A stretch of DNA of 64,000 nt from contig NC_082715.1 of assembly GCF_030144855.1 (NCBI RefSeq), positions 146,382,001-146,446,000 of the forward strand, given 5' to 3'. The notes under the pieces are model-generated. The model was given only the letters and a program-made list of their open reading frames with translations, was not told the origin of the DNA and made no database searches. Made by a program: the position numbers and the translations under genes. The DNA comes from Hypanus sabinus. Lineage: Eukaryota. Below, piece by piece: positions 35,873 through 48,786 of this stretch; the first letter of the stretch is position 1, and each line of letters begins with the position of its first letter.

Positions 35873-38800
35873 CCAGAGGCTTGAGTATGGGGTGTCAGGG
35901 AGAGGAAGTACATCTGACGGGGAACACGTCGTACTCTTCTGAGTAGTTCGCCCGCATTGATCCTCACCTGACACTCAGCTCTCACCAGGTTCCTCGTAGC
36001 TGTTTGCATGCAACAGCGGCCACACCCCGGGCAACGGCTTCGACTGGCCGGCAAAACCTGGTGAGGGTAGCCGATGGGCCTCAAACCCTCGGTGAGTTAT
36101 GGCTTGTCTATCTACGCATGCGAAGACTGAATTCGGCGGACTACGCGGAGGAGACCCCCAGTTGGCGGTCCAACGAGTAGAAAGGCGGATCCAGCAAAGC
36201 GTTGTGGAGCGCAACCAGGGCACGATGAGACACGTAGAACCCTGCTGGCCGTCCACTGCATCCCGACTTATCTCCAGCCGTCTCGACTCCGTCTCGCAAC
36301 TGGATACAGATAGGCCGGGACGAGAGAGTGAGGCTGACGATTTGCGCAACTCTCCCTCACTTTAATCCAAATCAAGCGCAAATCACGACTCCAAATCCAT
36401 TCCGCTAAAAAACTTCAAGTCTTGTGGCGATGTGCGAGTGGCGAAGCAGCAGCAGGTGTGGATACACTGGAAGCTGTAGTCACAAACCTGCACACAGGCG
36501 GCCCAGGGCATTGGGTCATTCTCCGCTGGAGTGAAGCAGCAATGGAGCTCGGCAGCCCCCTGGGTGTCTGAGCAGTCCTCTTTAGGAACCGCTCTGCTCA
36601 CCTCCATGGCGGAAGGGGCTAGAAAAGGTGCCTCAAACATAGCCTCCTTCATTTTACCCTGGCCGGCACATCGCGGCTGGCGGGGATCCCACTCAGCGGT
36701 CGAACTACAAAGAAAACGAAAGTGAAGGTGCTCAACCTTAGCACGTGGAACGTGCGAACTCTGCTTGACATCACCAAGGCTGTCAGACCAGAAGGAAGAA
36801 CAGAACTGGTCGCCAAAGAACTAGCCCGCTATAACGTGGACATTGCAGCACTCAGCGAAACCCGCCTAGCAGACAAGGGGCAGCTTACAGAACCTGGTGG
36901 TGGGTACACCTTCTTCTGGAGCGGTCGCGGCAGCACTGAACGACGAGAGGCTGGCGTTGGATTTGCCATCCGGTCCCACCTCGCTCGTAAACCTTGCCAA
37001 GCTTCCAGAGGGCATCAACGATCGCCTGATGACGCTTCGGCTCCCACTTGGCAATAAGAGGAGTGCCACGCTGATCAGCGCATATGCCCCAACAATGACC
37101 AAGCCAGATGACATCAAAGGTAAATTCTATGAAGAACTTGACTCCCTCATAGCAGCAGTCCCACAGACAGAGATGCTTATTGTCCTCGGGGTCTTTAACG
37201 CCAGAATGGGACAGATTACCGGACTTGGGAAGGGATTCTTGGAAGACATGGTATTCGCAAGTGTACAGCTATGGCCTACTGCCCCTCAAGACATGAGCTA
37301 CGCATGGCCTTGTCATCACCAACAGCCTATTCCGCCTCCCTACCCGTAACAAGTCATCTTGGATGCATCCACGCTCTAGGCACTGACATCTGATCGACTA
37401 TGTCATCACCAGAAAGAGGGACTGACAAGATGTGAGAGTGACAAAGGCCATGTGTGGTGCAGACTGCTGGACGGATCATCGACTCATAGTGTCCAAGTTT
37501 AAACTTCGCATCCTGCCTGTGAGAAGACCCCCAAGGTCAGAAGACTGCAAAGAGGCTCAATGACTCCAAGCTGAGGGGCAGCGTAGTTGCAGAAGAATTT
37601 CGTGAAGACCGAGATAGCAAACTGCATGACACACCCCAGGATGACCACACCAGCATTGAAGAGCAGTGGACGGCTTTCAGAGATGCGGTCTACTGTACCG
37701 CTCTCGAACACCTCAGACCAGCAATGCGTAGACATCAAGACTGGTTCGATGAGAACGACGAGGAGATACAGGCACTGTTGTCAGAGACACACCAACTGTT
37801 CAGAGCGCACCAGAATGATCCCACATCACAAGCCTTCGCCAGTGGAAGACGGAAAGTGCAGAAGAAACTCCGTGAGATGCAGGATGTCTGGTTCAGCAAT
37901 AAGGCCGATGAGATCCAGGGCTACGCAGACAGTCACGACACCAAGCGTTTCAACGACGCTTTGAAGGCTATACATGGACCTCAGTCCTCTGGCTCCTCCA
38001 CCCTCCTCAGTACAGATGGGACTCGGCTGCTGACAGAGAAAAAGCAGATTTTGGAGAGAACGCTTCAACCAGGTCCTCAACCGCCCTGCCGAAATCAATG
38101 ATAAGGCCATTGTTCGCCTACCTCAGGTGGAGATCAACCGGGACCTTGAAAACCTACCTACAGAAGAAGAAGTCAGAAAAGCCATCAGGCCACTTTCTTG
38201 CAGCAAAGCACCAGGGTCAGATGCAATCCCGGCTGAAGGCTACAAAGCAGGAGGACCATTCATGATGCAGAAGCTGACTGAGCTCTTCCAGTCTATGTGG
38301 AATGAAGGAAAGGTCCCGCAATAGTTGAAGGATGCCAGCATAGCCCACCTCTACAAGAGGAAAGGCAACCGCCAGTCTTGTGACAATCACCGAGGCATCT
38401 CCCTCCTGTCCATAGCTGGGAAGATCTTGGCTCGCGTCCTGCTTAATCGCCTTCTCCAACACCTTGAGCAAGGTCTCCTCCCAGAAAGCCAGTGTGCCTT
38501 CCGTGCAGAGTGTGGAACTGTCGACATGATATTTGCTTCACGCCAACTCCAGGAAAAATGTCAAGAGCAGCACAGCGACCTCTTTATGACCTTCGTGGAT
38601 CTGACCAAGGCATTTGATACGGTCAGCAGAGATGGCTTATGGAAGATAATGGTGAAGTTCGGCTGCCCTAGCAGGTTCATCACGATTGTTCGGTAGTTCC
38701 ACGATGGTATGATGGTGAAAGTTTTGGATGATGGTGACGAGCCAGAAGCCTTCCCAGTGACGAACAGTGTGAAGCAAGGATGCGTTCTCGCCCCTACACT

Positions 38801-39947
38801 CTTTAGCATGGTCTTCTCTGCTGTGCTGAATGATGCCTTCCGCGATTGTCAGGATGGTATACACGTCAGATACAGGACTGTCAGTGGGCTATTCAACCTC
38901 CGGCGTCTACAGGGTGTTACAAAGGAAAAGGAGACCGCCTTCAGAGACCCTTATTTGCTGATGATTGCGCCCTCAACGCCAGCACAGAGCAGAAGATGCA
39001 GCGAGAAATGAACTGCTTCTCACGAGCCTGTGACAACTTTGGATTTACAATCAGCACCAAAAAGACCGAAGTTATGTACCAGCCTGCACCCGGAAAGCCC
39101 TATCAGGAACCACACATCACAGTAAAGGGGCAGAAGCTACTGGAAGTCGACAGCTTTACTTATCTGGACAGTATTCTAACACAAGCGGTGAACATAGATA
39201 CAGAGATTAGCAACAGAATTGCCAAAGCCAGTGCCGCCTTTGGGAGACTCCGTGAGAATGTATGGGAGCGGAGAGGACTCAGCCTAACCACCAAGCTGAA
39301 GGTTATCACCACCCTCCTCTATGCCAGCGAGCCCTGGACTCTCGACAGCAGACATGCCAAACTGCTCAATCACTTTCACTTGAGCTGCCTCCGCAGGCTT
39401 CTCCCTGTGCGATGGCAGGACAAAGTCCCAGACACGGAGGTCCTGGAGCAGGCTAGCACCCACAGCGTCTACACCCTCCTACAGAAAGCCAAAGCCAGAT
39501 GGGCTGGCCATGTCGTCAGGATGTCTGACAGTGGACTACCGAAATAGCTGCTGTATGGAGAGTTGAGCCAGGGCAAGCGCTCAGTTGGAGGGCAGAAGAA
39601 ACGTTTCAAAGACTGCCTCAAAGTGTCCCTCAAAGATCTCAACATCAATCCCAGTAGCTGGGAATCGCTTGCATTGGCCCGCCGAACCTGGTGGAGCAGG
39701 ACCACTAAAGGAGCGTACGCAGCAGAAATCAGACGCACCACAGAGGCTCAGAGGAAACGCGAAGCGCGCAAGGCTCGAATTACCTCCACTTCCACTGCAG
39801 CACCTACCTTCATGTGTCCCACATGTGGGAGAGCTTTCAGGGCCTGGATTGGCCTCACCAGACACCTCCGGACTCACAGTCACAAACCCTCCACCTGACA
39901 GAAGTCGTTGTCGTCTTCGACTCCGAAGGACGAACAACAACAACAAA
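35873..39947 (+). mobile_element. Near full-length, inactivated RTE-clade LINE (about 4.1 kb)
   Basis: About 850-nt 5' region, APE start at 36722, RT, C-terminal C2H2 finger (CPTCGRAF...HLRTH), (CAA)n tail; empty site in U2 (about 16865) and U4 (about 62570). Confidence 0.92.
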
Positions 39948-41164
39948 GGCTGGATAATTCCACCATCGACAGCACGTTAAGTGGGTGTGGTTGAGTGGGG
40001 AGCAGGATGTGCCAAGGTGCCATTTCTGGGAACATGACGGAACGACCCGAGTCGGAATTCTGGGAAAAGGCCCATCTCACAGCTGTTCCCAGATGCAAAC
40101 GCCTGATCTAAGACTGGAGCCATGGTTGTGGACTCCTCATCAAGGAAAGTATCTGCTCTTCATTGGGCATGTTAAGATCTTATGGAATTTTAAATTTCAT
40201 CGAGATTTCACTTCATTCTCGTAAATATCTAGAGAAGAGGGCCAGACTACGTAAATTCTTCACAAATGGTGATTCTACAACTAGTCTTTGTCGATCTGAT
40301 GAAATCCCTCCATGTTTTTGATGAAATCTCCATCCCTCCATTGTGTCAGATGGCCTAATCCTTGGCCGATGTCTTATGGTCTTTTTAAGCAGCCATGGCT
40401 CGACCACGTAATGACGTCACTATTCGTGAACGCAAATTCTCTCATGAGAAAGGATAAATGACATTTGTTTTCTCTGTGGTCTTTTGTTCTGGCATTTTGG
40501 CTTTCAGGAAGCCGAAGGCCAGTTATCTTTAATACATTACCGAATCCCCTGCCATTAAAGTAATTGACACGTTTGTAAGATATATTAAAATTAGAGCATG
40601 ATATTAAAGAATTAAACTAACGTTTTAATTAAAATTTGATCCTGAAACAACAAATCGAATAGTCAAAATAATACATTAAAATAAACCATATTTGAACAGT
40701 TTATATTTCCCTTCATACAAATCATGTTTTCCCTACACCCCACAAACAATGGTGCCTCCAATGTTTTCAAGGCGTGAATCTGGCCGAGGATACAAGGCAC
40801 AATCTAGTGTAATGTTGTGCGACGTCCTTTCGGTTCTGCTGCAGGTTCTTGCTGCTCTGTATTTGGTTCTCCAACGAAAACTGGCCGGTACGCAGATAGA
40901 TTTCAAAATCTCAAAGATTGAAAATGCGCGCTTTAGAAAGAAATACCAATTGCATTTCGTCGAAAGATAATTAATCAAAGCAAGAAATGCTGAACAAGTC
41001 AGACAACTTTCCGCATAACCCATAACATTTTAGTTCAATGCCCTTTCATTAGAAAGTGTAAGTATTTGAAGTATAGAGGATAGGGAGGCCACAGGGAACA
41101 AAGTAAATGTCCGGATAGGATGAATGGAAAACGAATGGCTCACCTCATCAATAGAAATCACATG

Positions 41165-41440
41165 TTTTTATTTATTTCGAGATACAGCACGGAACAGGCA
41201 CTTCCACTCCAACGAGCCACACCGTCGAGCAGCCTACCTGTTTAAAACAAGCCTAATCCGGGGAGAATTTACGATGATCATTTAATCTAGTAACGGGAAC
41301 GTTTTTGGACTGTGGGAGGAAACCAGAGCACCCGGAAGAACCCCTCGCAGTTCACGGGAAGAACGAACAAACTCATATACGCAACGCCAGAAGTGAAGCC
41401 CGAGCTATGGTTGTAGTGTTGCCTGACCGTTATGCCATCC
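41165..41440 (-). mobile_element. V-SINE, U3 copy
   Basis: Paralogous to 17945-18220. Confidence 0.72.
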
Positions 41441-41959
41441 CGATGCCCGGGAGCCACGGGCAAGGAAAGGTATAAGTGAATACAAGTCCTTAGATTTTAC
41501 AAGGTCCCGGGTATAAATAAGAATTTCTTCGCGGATCTTCCTCAAGATTAGCATGTCCCTTCATTGCATAAACACAAATTGTAGGTCGTCGAAAAAAATG
41601 AACCTCAGTTCATTGCGAAATGCCAAAGGACATGCTCGGAAAAGTTAATGTGCAGCTAAACATAAACACAGAAAATGTAGTGAATACTCTGCAGGGCAGG
41701 TAGCCTATGTGTAAGAAGAGCTATTGCTGACAATTCAATTCATCAGATATCCTGATGGCTGGTGGGGGATCAGAAACATAAACGCAGTTTCTTTTTCCAC
41801 AGATGCTGCTTGAACCGCTTCTCCAGCATGTATGATTTTGTTTCAGATTTCTAACATCTAACGTTCAATATGACGTGTAAATCAGTGAAGGTGCAACGTA
41901 ATATTACAAGTATGCAAGATCGCAAAATGGAATCCATCTTTTCAAAATAATATAGTGCT

Positions 41960-44900
41960 GACTGTATAAGTACATCAGGGCATTTCGAGTTTAAGAAGAA
42001 GGAGGTGTTCGGCCTCCTATTATTAAGGTAGATCGGTCCCCAGGGTCAGATGGGAGTTACCGTTGGTTCTAGAAGGAGTCAGGAAACGAGATGGCCGGGG
42101 CCTTGATCAGTTTCTTCGTGGCCTCTAGCCATAGGCGAGGTCCCAGAGGACTGACGAGTGACTAATGATGCACCTCTATATCCGAAGGGAAAAAGGGAAA
42201 ATCCTCGGAACTATAGACGAGAGAGCGCACGTCAGTAGTAAGAAATTGGGGGAGAAAATACTTCGGGATAGGATATACGAGCATTTGGAAAGTTACACCC
42301 TAACCAGGGAAAGCCAAAAAGGCTTTGTACGTTGCAGGTCGTGCCTTGCCATCTTCGAGTTATTTGACAATATTACGAGAGAGATTGATGTGGTAGGGCT
42401 CAGGATGTAGGTTCCATGGATGTTTGTAAGGCTTTTGACAAAGTCCCTCTCAGGAAACTAATCCGGAAATTAGGAAGCATGGAGTCTGTGGCGAATTGTC
42501 TCTTTGTATTCCGAAACTACTTGCGCATAGACGACAGGGAGCAGTGGTTGAAGGGACCCATTCTAGCGGGAGACTGTTATTATTAGAGTTACGGAGGGTA
42601 CTGAGATGCGACTTTTGTTGTTTATGATGTATATAAATGACCTGGAGTCTAAAATTGTGCTTTTAAGGAGCATAAGAGAACACTGAAGAAGCAAATTAGG
42701 ATTGCTGAAAGAAGGCATGAAGTTGCTCCGGTAACAAAGCATAGGAAATCCCAAGAGTTTCTACATGCATATTGCGAGTAAAAGGATAGCAAGTGACTAG
42801 TTTCCGATCAGAGTGGCCATGAAGCTGAAAGGGATTAGGCAGATCACAAATGGATTTTTTATATCTGTATTTACTCGAGAGACGGACACAGTGTGAGGCA
42901 AAACAGTAGTGTGTTCATGGACTTAGAAGGATTACAGAGGAGGAGGTGCTTACAATTTTGAGACAACGTAATGTGGATATATCCCCAGGAGCTGAAGAAG
43001 TGTTCTCGGACCTTCTGAGAGGCTAGTGCAAAAAGTGCAGGGGACCCAGCAAACATTTTAAAATGTCCTTAGTCTCAGCTGAGGGTAGCCAATTTTGTTC
43101 CTCTGTTCAAATAGCTCTCCAACAATAATATTGCCAATTATAGGCAGGTAAGCCTGACGTTAGTTGTAGGCACGTTATTGTACTGGATACTAGGGGATCA
43201 GGTTTATAGGCATCTGGAGAAAAACAGAGTCTAATTAAGAATAATCAACATGGATGTGCGCGAGGTGGCTCATGTCTAACCAATTATTTAGAGATTTTCG
43301 AGAATGTTATCAAGAGGTTTGATGACGGAAAGACAATGGACATTGCCTACATGGACTAAAGCAAGGTCGATGACAAAGGCTCCATATGGGAGGTTGTGAT
43401 GTAGGTTCGGTCACTTGTCATTTAGTATCAGGTAGTGATCTGGATCAGATATTGCTGCGCTGGAAAAGCCAGAGAGTGGTAGTCGATGTTTGCCTCTCTG
43501 AGTGGAGGCCTGTGTTTAGTGGTGTATTTCATGGGATGGGTGTTATGTCCTTTGTTATTTGTCATCTATATGAAAGATCCGAATCATAATGTTGTAACCT
43601 AGGTAATCAAATTTATGGATAACAACAAGATCAGGATCGTAGTGAACGGCCAGCTAGGTCATTGAACCTTGCAGTGGGATCAGGAGCAGCTGGGAAAAAC
43701 AGGCACAAAACGTCAGATGCTGATTACTCAAGACAAAGTGAGGACAAACTAGGTTGGACTTACAAGGTGAACTGTAGGGCACTTAGGAGTACGGTAGAAC
43801 AGAAGGAATGCCGATCCATAATTTCTTCATTGTTACCTCGCAGGTAAGTAGGTCTGTAAAAACAGCTTTTGGCATATTGGCCTTCGTAGATCAAAGGAAA
43901 TATTGAGTATAAGAGTTAGGACGAAACCATGAAATTGTATAAGATTTTTGCGAAGCCTTAAATGGAGTATTGTATATAGTCCTAGCCACCTTTCCATTGG
44001 AACACTAGAATACTGGAATACTACAGAGTTTCAGCCCTCGACGTTGTGCCGACCCATACATTCCTTTAGAAAAGTACTAAACCCACACTACCCAGTAACC
44101 CTCTATTTTTCTTTCATCCATGTGCCTGTCGAAGAGGCTCTTGAATTCTCCTAATGTTTTAGCCTCTACTACCATCCCTGACAAGTCATTCCAGGCACCC
44201 ACAACCCTCAGTATAAAAAATTACTCCTGATATCTCCCCTTAGCGTCACTCCCTTAACTTTGTACAGATGCCCTCTGGTGTTTGCTATTCGTGCCGTGGG
44301 AAACAGATACTGGCTATCCACCTTATCTATGCCTCTCATAATCTTGTTCTCCTCAATCAAGTCCCCTCTCAACCTTATAAGCTCCAAGGAGAAAAGTCCC
44401 AGCTCTGCTAACCTTGCTTTATACGACTTTTTTTTCCAATCCAGGCAATTTCTTGGTAAATCTCTGCATCCTCTTCATAGCTTCCACATCATTCCTATAA
44501 TGAGGCAACCAGAAGTGAACACAATACTCTAAGTGTGGTCTCACCAGAGATTTGTAGAGATGAAACATGACCTCTCTACTCTTGAATTCAACCCCCCTCC
44601 CCCATTAATGAAGCCTAACATCCCATAGGACTTCTTAACTATCCTATCAACCTGTGCAGCAATCTTGAGGGATGTATGGATTTGAACCCCAAGGTCCCTC
44701 TGTTCATCCACACTCTTAAGTAACCGACCATTAACCCTATACTCAGCCTTCTGGTTTGTCTTTCCAAAATACATCACCTCACACTTATCCGGATTGAACT
44801 CCATCTGCAACTTTTCTGCCGAACTCTGCATCCTGTCTGTATCCTCTTGTAACCTTCGACAACCTACAGCTCCATCCGCAACTCCTCCAATCTTCGTGTC

Positions 44901-47300
44901 ATCCGCAAACTTACTCACCCATCCTTCCGCCTCTTCATCCAGGTCATTTATAACAATCACAAAGAGCGGGTTCCCAGAAGTTATGCTTGTGGCAGTCCAC
45001 TAGTCACCGACCTACAGGCAGAATACTTTCCTTCCACTACTACTCTCTGCTTTCTTTCTGTAAGCCATTTTTTAATCCAAATAGCCAAGTGTTCACTAAT
45101 CCCATTCCTCATGACTTTCTGGATGAGTCTCCCGTGGGAGATCTTGTCAAATGGCTTGTTAACATCCATGTAGATCGCATCTACCGCCCTACCATAATCA
45201 ATTTCTTTTGTTACATCTTCAAAAAAGCTCAATTAGGTTCGTGAGGCACGACCTTCCCTTCACAAAGCCATGCTGACTATCCTTGAATAGTCTGCACTTC
45301 TCCAAATGCTCGTAGATCCTATCCTTAAGAATCCTTTCCAATAGTTTACAGACCAACGACGTAAGAATCACGGGTCTATAATCCCCAGAATTCTCACTAT
45401 TACCTTTTTAAAACAAGGGAACTACATCTGCCGTTCCCCAATCCTCCGGCACCTCCCCTGCAGCCAAAAAGGATTCAAAGATCATAGTTATTGCTCCAGT
45501 GATGTCTTCTCTCCCTTCCCACAGCAACTTGGGGTATGTCACGTCCGGCTCTGGGGACTTATCAAACTGGATGTTTTTCAGAAAATACAACACTTCTTCA
45601 TCCTTATTTCCACATTGTCCAGCACACAGGCCTGTTCTATTTCGAACTCACTCCGATCAAAGTCCTTTTCGCTTGTCAATACTGAAGCAAGGTATTCATT
45701 TAGGACCTCCCCAATCTCCTCTGTCTCCAGACACATGTTGTCCACGTAATCCTTTAGCGGCCCCACCTTCATTCTTGAAATCCTTCTGTTCTTCACATAC
45801 CCATAGAAGGCCTTGGGGTTCTCCTGAATCTTACATGCCAAGGCCTTCTCATTCTCCCTTCGATCTCTCCTGAGTCCTTTTCTAAGCTCCTAGTTGGCTA
45901 CCCCAATTTTATCATGAGCCCCCCACCCCCGCTTCCTACATTTTATATCTGATATACGCCTCTTTCTTCCTCTTGACGAGTTGCCTCACGTTTTGTCATT
46001 CACGGTTCCCCTTTCCTGCCATTTTCTCCTTATCTCAGTGGGACAAACGTATCCTGAATCCAGCACAAGTGGTCCCTAAGCGTCCTCCACATTACTTCTG
46101 TGCTTTCATTCTTGAACATCTGTTTCCAATTTACTCTCGCCAGTTCCTGCCTCATGCCGTCATATTTAGCCCTTCCCCAATTAAGCACTTTCCCATTTTG
46201 TCTGTTTTTATCCTTTTCCATAGCTATGCTGAAGTTAAGGGAGTTGAGGTCACTCTCACTAAAATGCTCCCCCACCAAGAGGTCTGACCAGGTTCAATAC
46301 CCAGAACTAGATCCAGTATGGCTTCTCCTCTTCAAACAACAGGAAATCTGCAGATGCTGGAAATTCAAGCAAAACACACAAAATGCTGGTGGAGCACAGC
46401 AGGCCAGGCAGCATCTATAAGGAGAAGCACTGTCGACGTTTCGAGCCGAGATCCTTCGGCAGGTGAAAGGGTCTGGGACCGAAACGTTGACTGCTCGTTT
46501 CCACGGGTGCTGACTGCCTCCAGCTTGTTGTACGTGTTGAGTTGACCACAACATCTGCAGTGTACTTTGTGTCGTCTACATTTATGTTTTGTCCCCTGCC
46601 TGTCCTTCCTCACCAACTCAGAACACATAGCATCATGCCCTTGTCCTTCTACCCTGATCTCTGCACTTACATTCAGATTCCCACCCCACTGCCAAACCAG
46701 TTTAAACAACCCACAACAGCTGTAGCAAACCTGCACGCCAGGATATCGGTCGCTATCCAGTTCAGGTCCGTCCTTTTTGTACAGGTCAAAACTTCCCCAG
46801 AAGAGATTACAATACGATATCAATAACATTGAAAGAGTGCAGAGAAAATTTACAAGGACGTTACTGGCATTTAACCTGAATTATAGGGAGAGCTTGAATA
46901 GGTTTTGACACCGTGACCTGCAGCAAAGGAGAATGATTGGTGATTTGATGGAGATATACAAAATTCTGAGATGCATAGACAATGTAAATGCAAGCTGGGC
47001 TTTTCCACTAAAATTGCGTGAAATTAGAACTAGAGATCATGGACTAAAGATGAAATAATTAAATGAAGCATGAGGGAAATATGTTTACTGGGACTGTAGT
47101 GGGAGAATAGAACGAGCTGCAGGCGAACGGATAGGGTGTGGGTTCTATTTCAACATTCATGAGCGATATAGATAGGCACATGGATGGGAGTGTATGGAGG
47201 ACAACGCCCTGGTGACTAGTCCGCGTAATAGTTCAGCTAGATGGGCGGAAGAGGCTGCTTCTGTGCAGTAGTGATCTATAACAGTATCTATACGTTTCGG
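41960..47300. mobile_element. Mosaic of old CR1 fragments and Penelope-like tails
   Basis: CR1 RT motifs in ORFs 44541-44960, 44981-45232 and 45578-45841; paralogous to the U2 upstream region. Confidence 0.65.
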
Positions 47301-48465
47301 AATCTTTAAAGTACAGTCTGCGATAGAATCAGTTTGGGTTCCGGTGGGCATGAACAGTTCATGTATTTCACTGGAATTCGAAAGGAAAAACCTGGTAACC
47401 TCGGCTATTATTAAAAATATTAAAATGCCCCTTTAGTTTGAGTGATTTTAAAACAGTGATTTTAAAAATAAAGATCTAATGTAAAATGACTATTTCAGCA
47501 AGTTCAATTTGTGGACATACGAAGGAATAACAATAGGGGCAGGCTGACCAGATCTCCGGTCTCCGGTTTCTGTCATGTCTCGACTCCCTTGAATCTCTTA
47601 AAGATCTTCCGATCTCAATCTACTTGAGCATCGATAAAATTTCTAAGGAAACTTAGGATTAAATGTGCATCCAGAGAAGAATGTTATCTTATTTTTCAGT
47701 CCTCAATACCCAAACCTATTATTCGAACACTACAACTTTCAGCTCTCCACAGAAAACAAGCGGGACTCGGCTCGAATTTAACTTACCTGCTTCCAAAGAT
47801 TTTTAGATGTTTCAATGACATTACCTCCCTTTCATCTAAATGCCACAGAAAACAGGCCGTATATATTCGTTCACAGAAACTCGTACTTATTCTGGAAGCA
47901 ATATCTGCTGCACTTCACGCAATATGAGGATCGTCCCAGACCCACCAATTTCGCCAGTTCTATATTCATCAATTGTCCTCGATTGAATGTGTTCCTTCAT
48001 GACAAATGACTGTGCGTCTGTGTGTACACGTGTGTGCGCTTTCATAGCTCTTTCTTTTACATCAGGGCAATATCATTTAAGAGAGATTTAAAATATATTT
48101 CTGCTTCATTCGGATCTCGAAAGAAAAGTCATGAAAACAAGTTGCATATCAGACTGGACCGTTAATGTTATTGGGTAGCTGCGGTCGAAATTATCAGCAG
48201 TCTGGCAAGAACCAAGAATGCAATCTTCAAATTACGGTCATTTGATAAACATCTGTGAATGCCTTCAACTGAGACTAATTAACATTGGATTTTGAATTAA
48301 GAATTATACTAATTTAATAGAATGGCATTTAAACTTGACGAAACTTAAATGTCGAATCTGACCGCAAATACTGAACTGCAAAAGAATAATGTTTTAAAAC
48401 TAATTTACTGAAGGAAAAGACGGATAAAATAAGCTTTTCATCTTTATTAAGTTTGAAATATAGGT

Positions 48466-48786
48466 TTAGATACAGTTGGATCTCTCGATCGTTGCTGCAA
48501 ACGGGTTTGCTAGAGCCTCGTGTTTAACCACGCAGGAGTAACACTCGTGTGAGCTCCATTCTGAGGCTGGCAGAGTCAGATAGCTGCTCACACTGAACGT
48601 GTTGTCCGTGTCCTGAAGGACAGGGCTCGTCTCAACGCCATCGCTTTTCGTACGTCTGTCCACGGTCCACTCAATGCCCACAGCTCCCGGATTAAAACGG
48701 CTCACCAAACACCAGTGTCGCTGTGCCCTTTCCCGTAATTTCTTCGGCTGAAGGCCGGAGGACGGTGACAGCGGGGCTCCGAGGAT
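48466..48786 (-). pseudogene. IGLC: U4 IgL constant pseudo-exon (2-nt frameshift)
   Basis: 321 nt versus 323; ccaaacaccag versus ccaaacacaccag at about 48710 shifts the frame at the first Cys; acceptor tag| and AATAAA (48443-48448) retained. Confidence 0.88.

Noticed and set aside
39563-39898. C2H2 zinc-finger ORF as a host transcription factor
   Set aside because: It is the C-terminus of the RTE ORF, directly before the (CAA)n tail.
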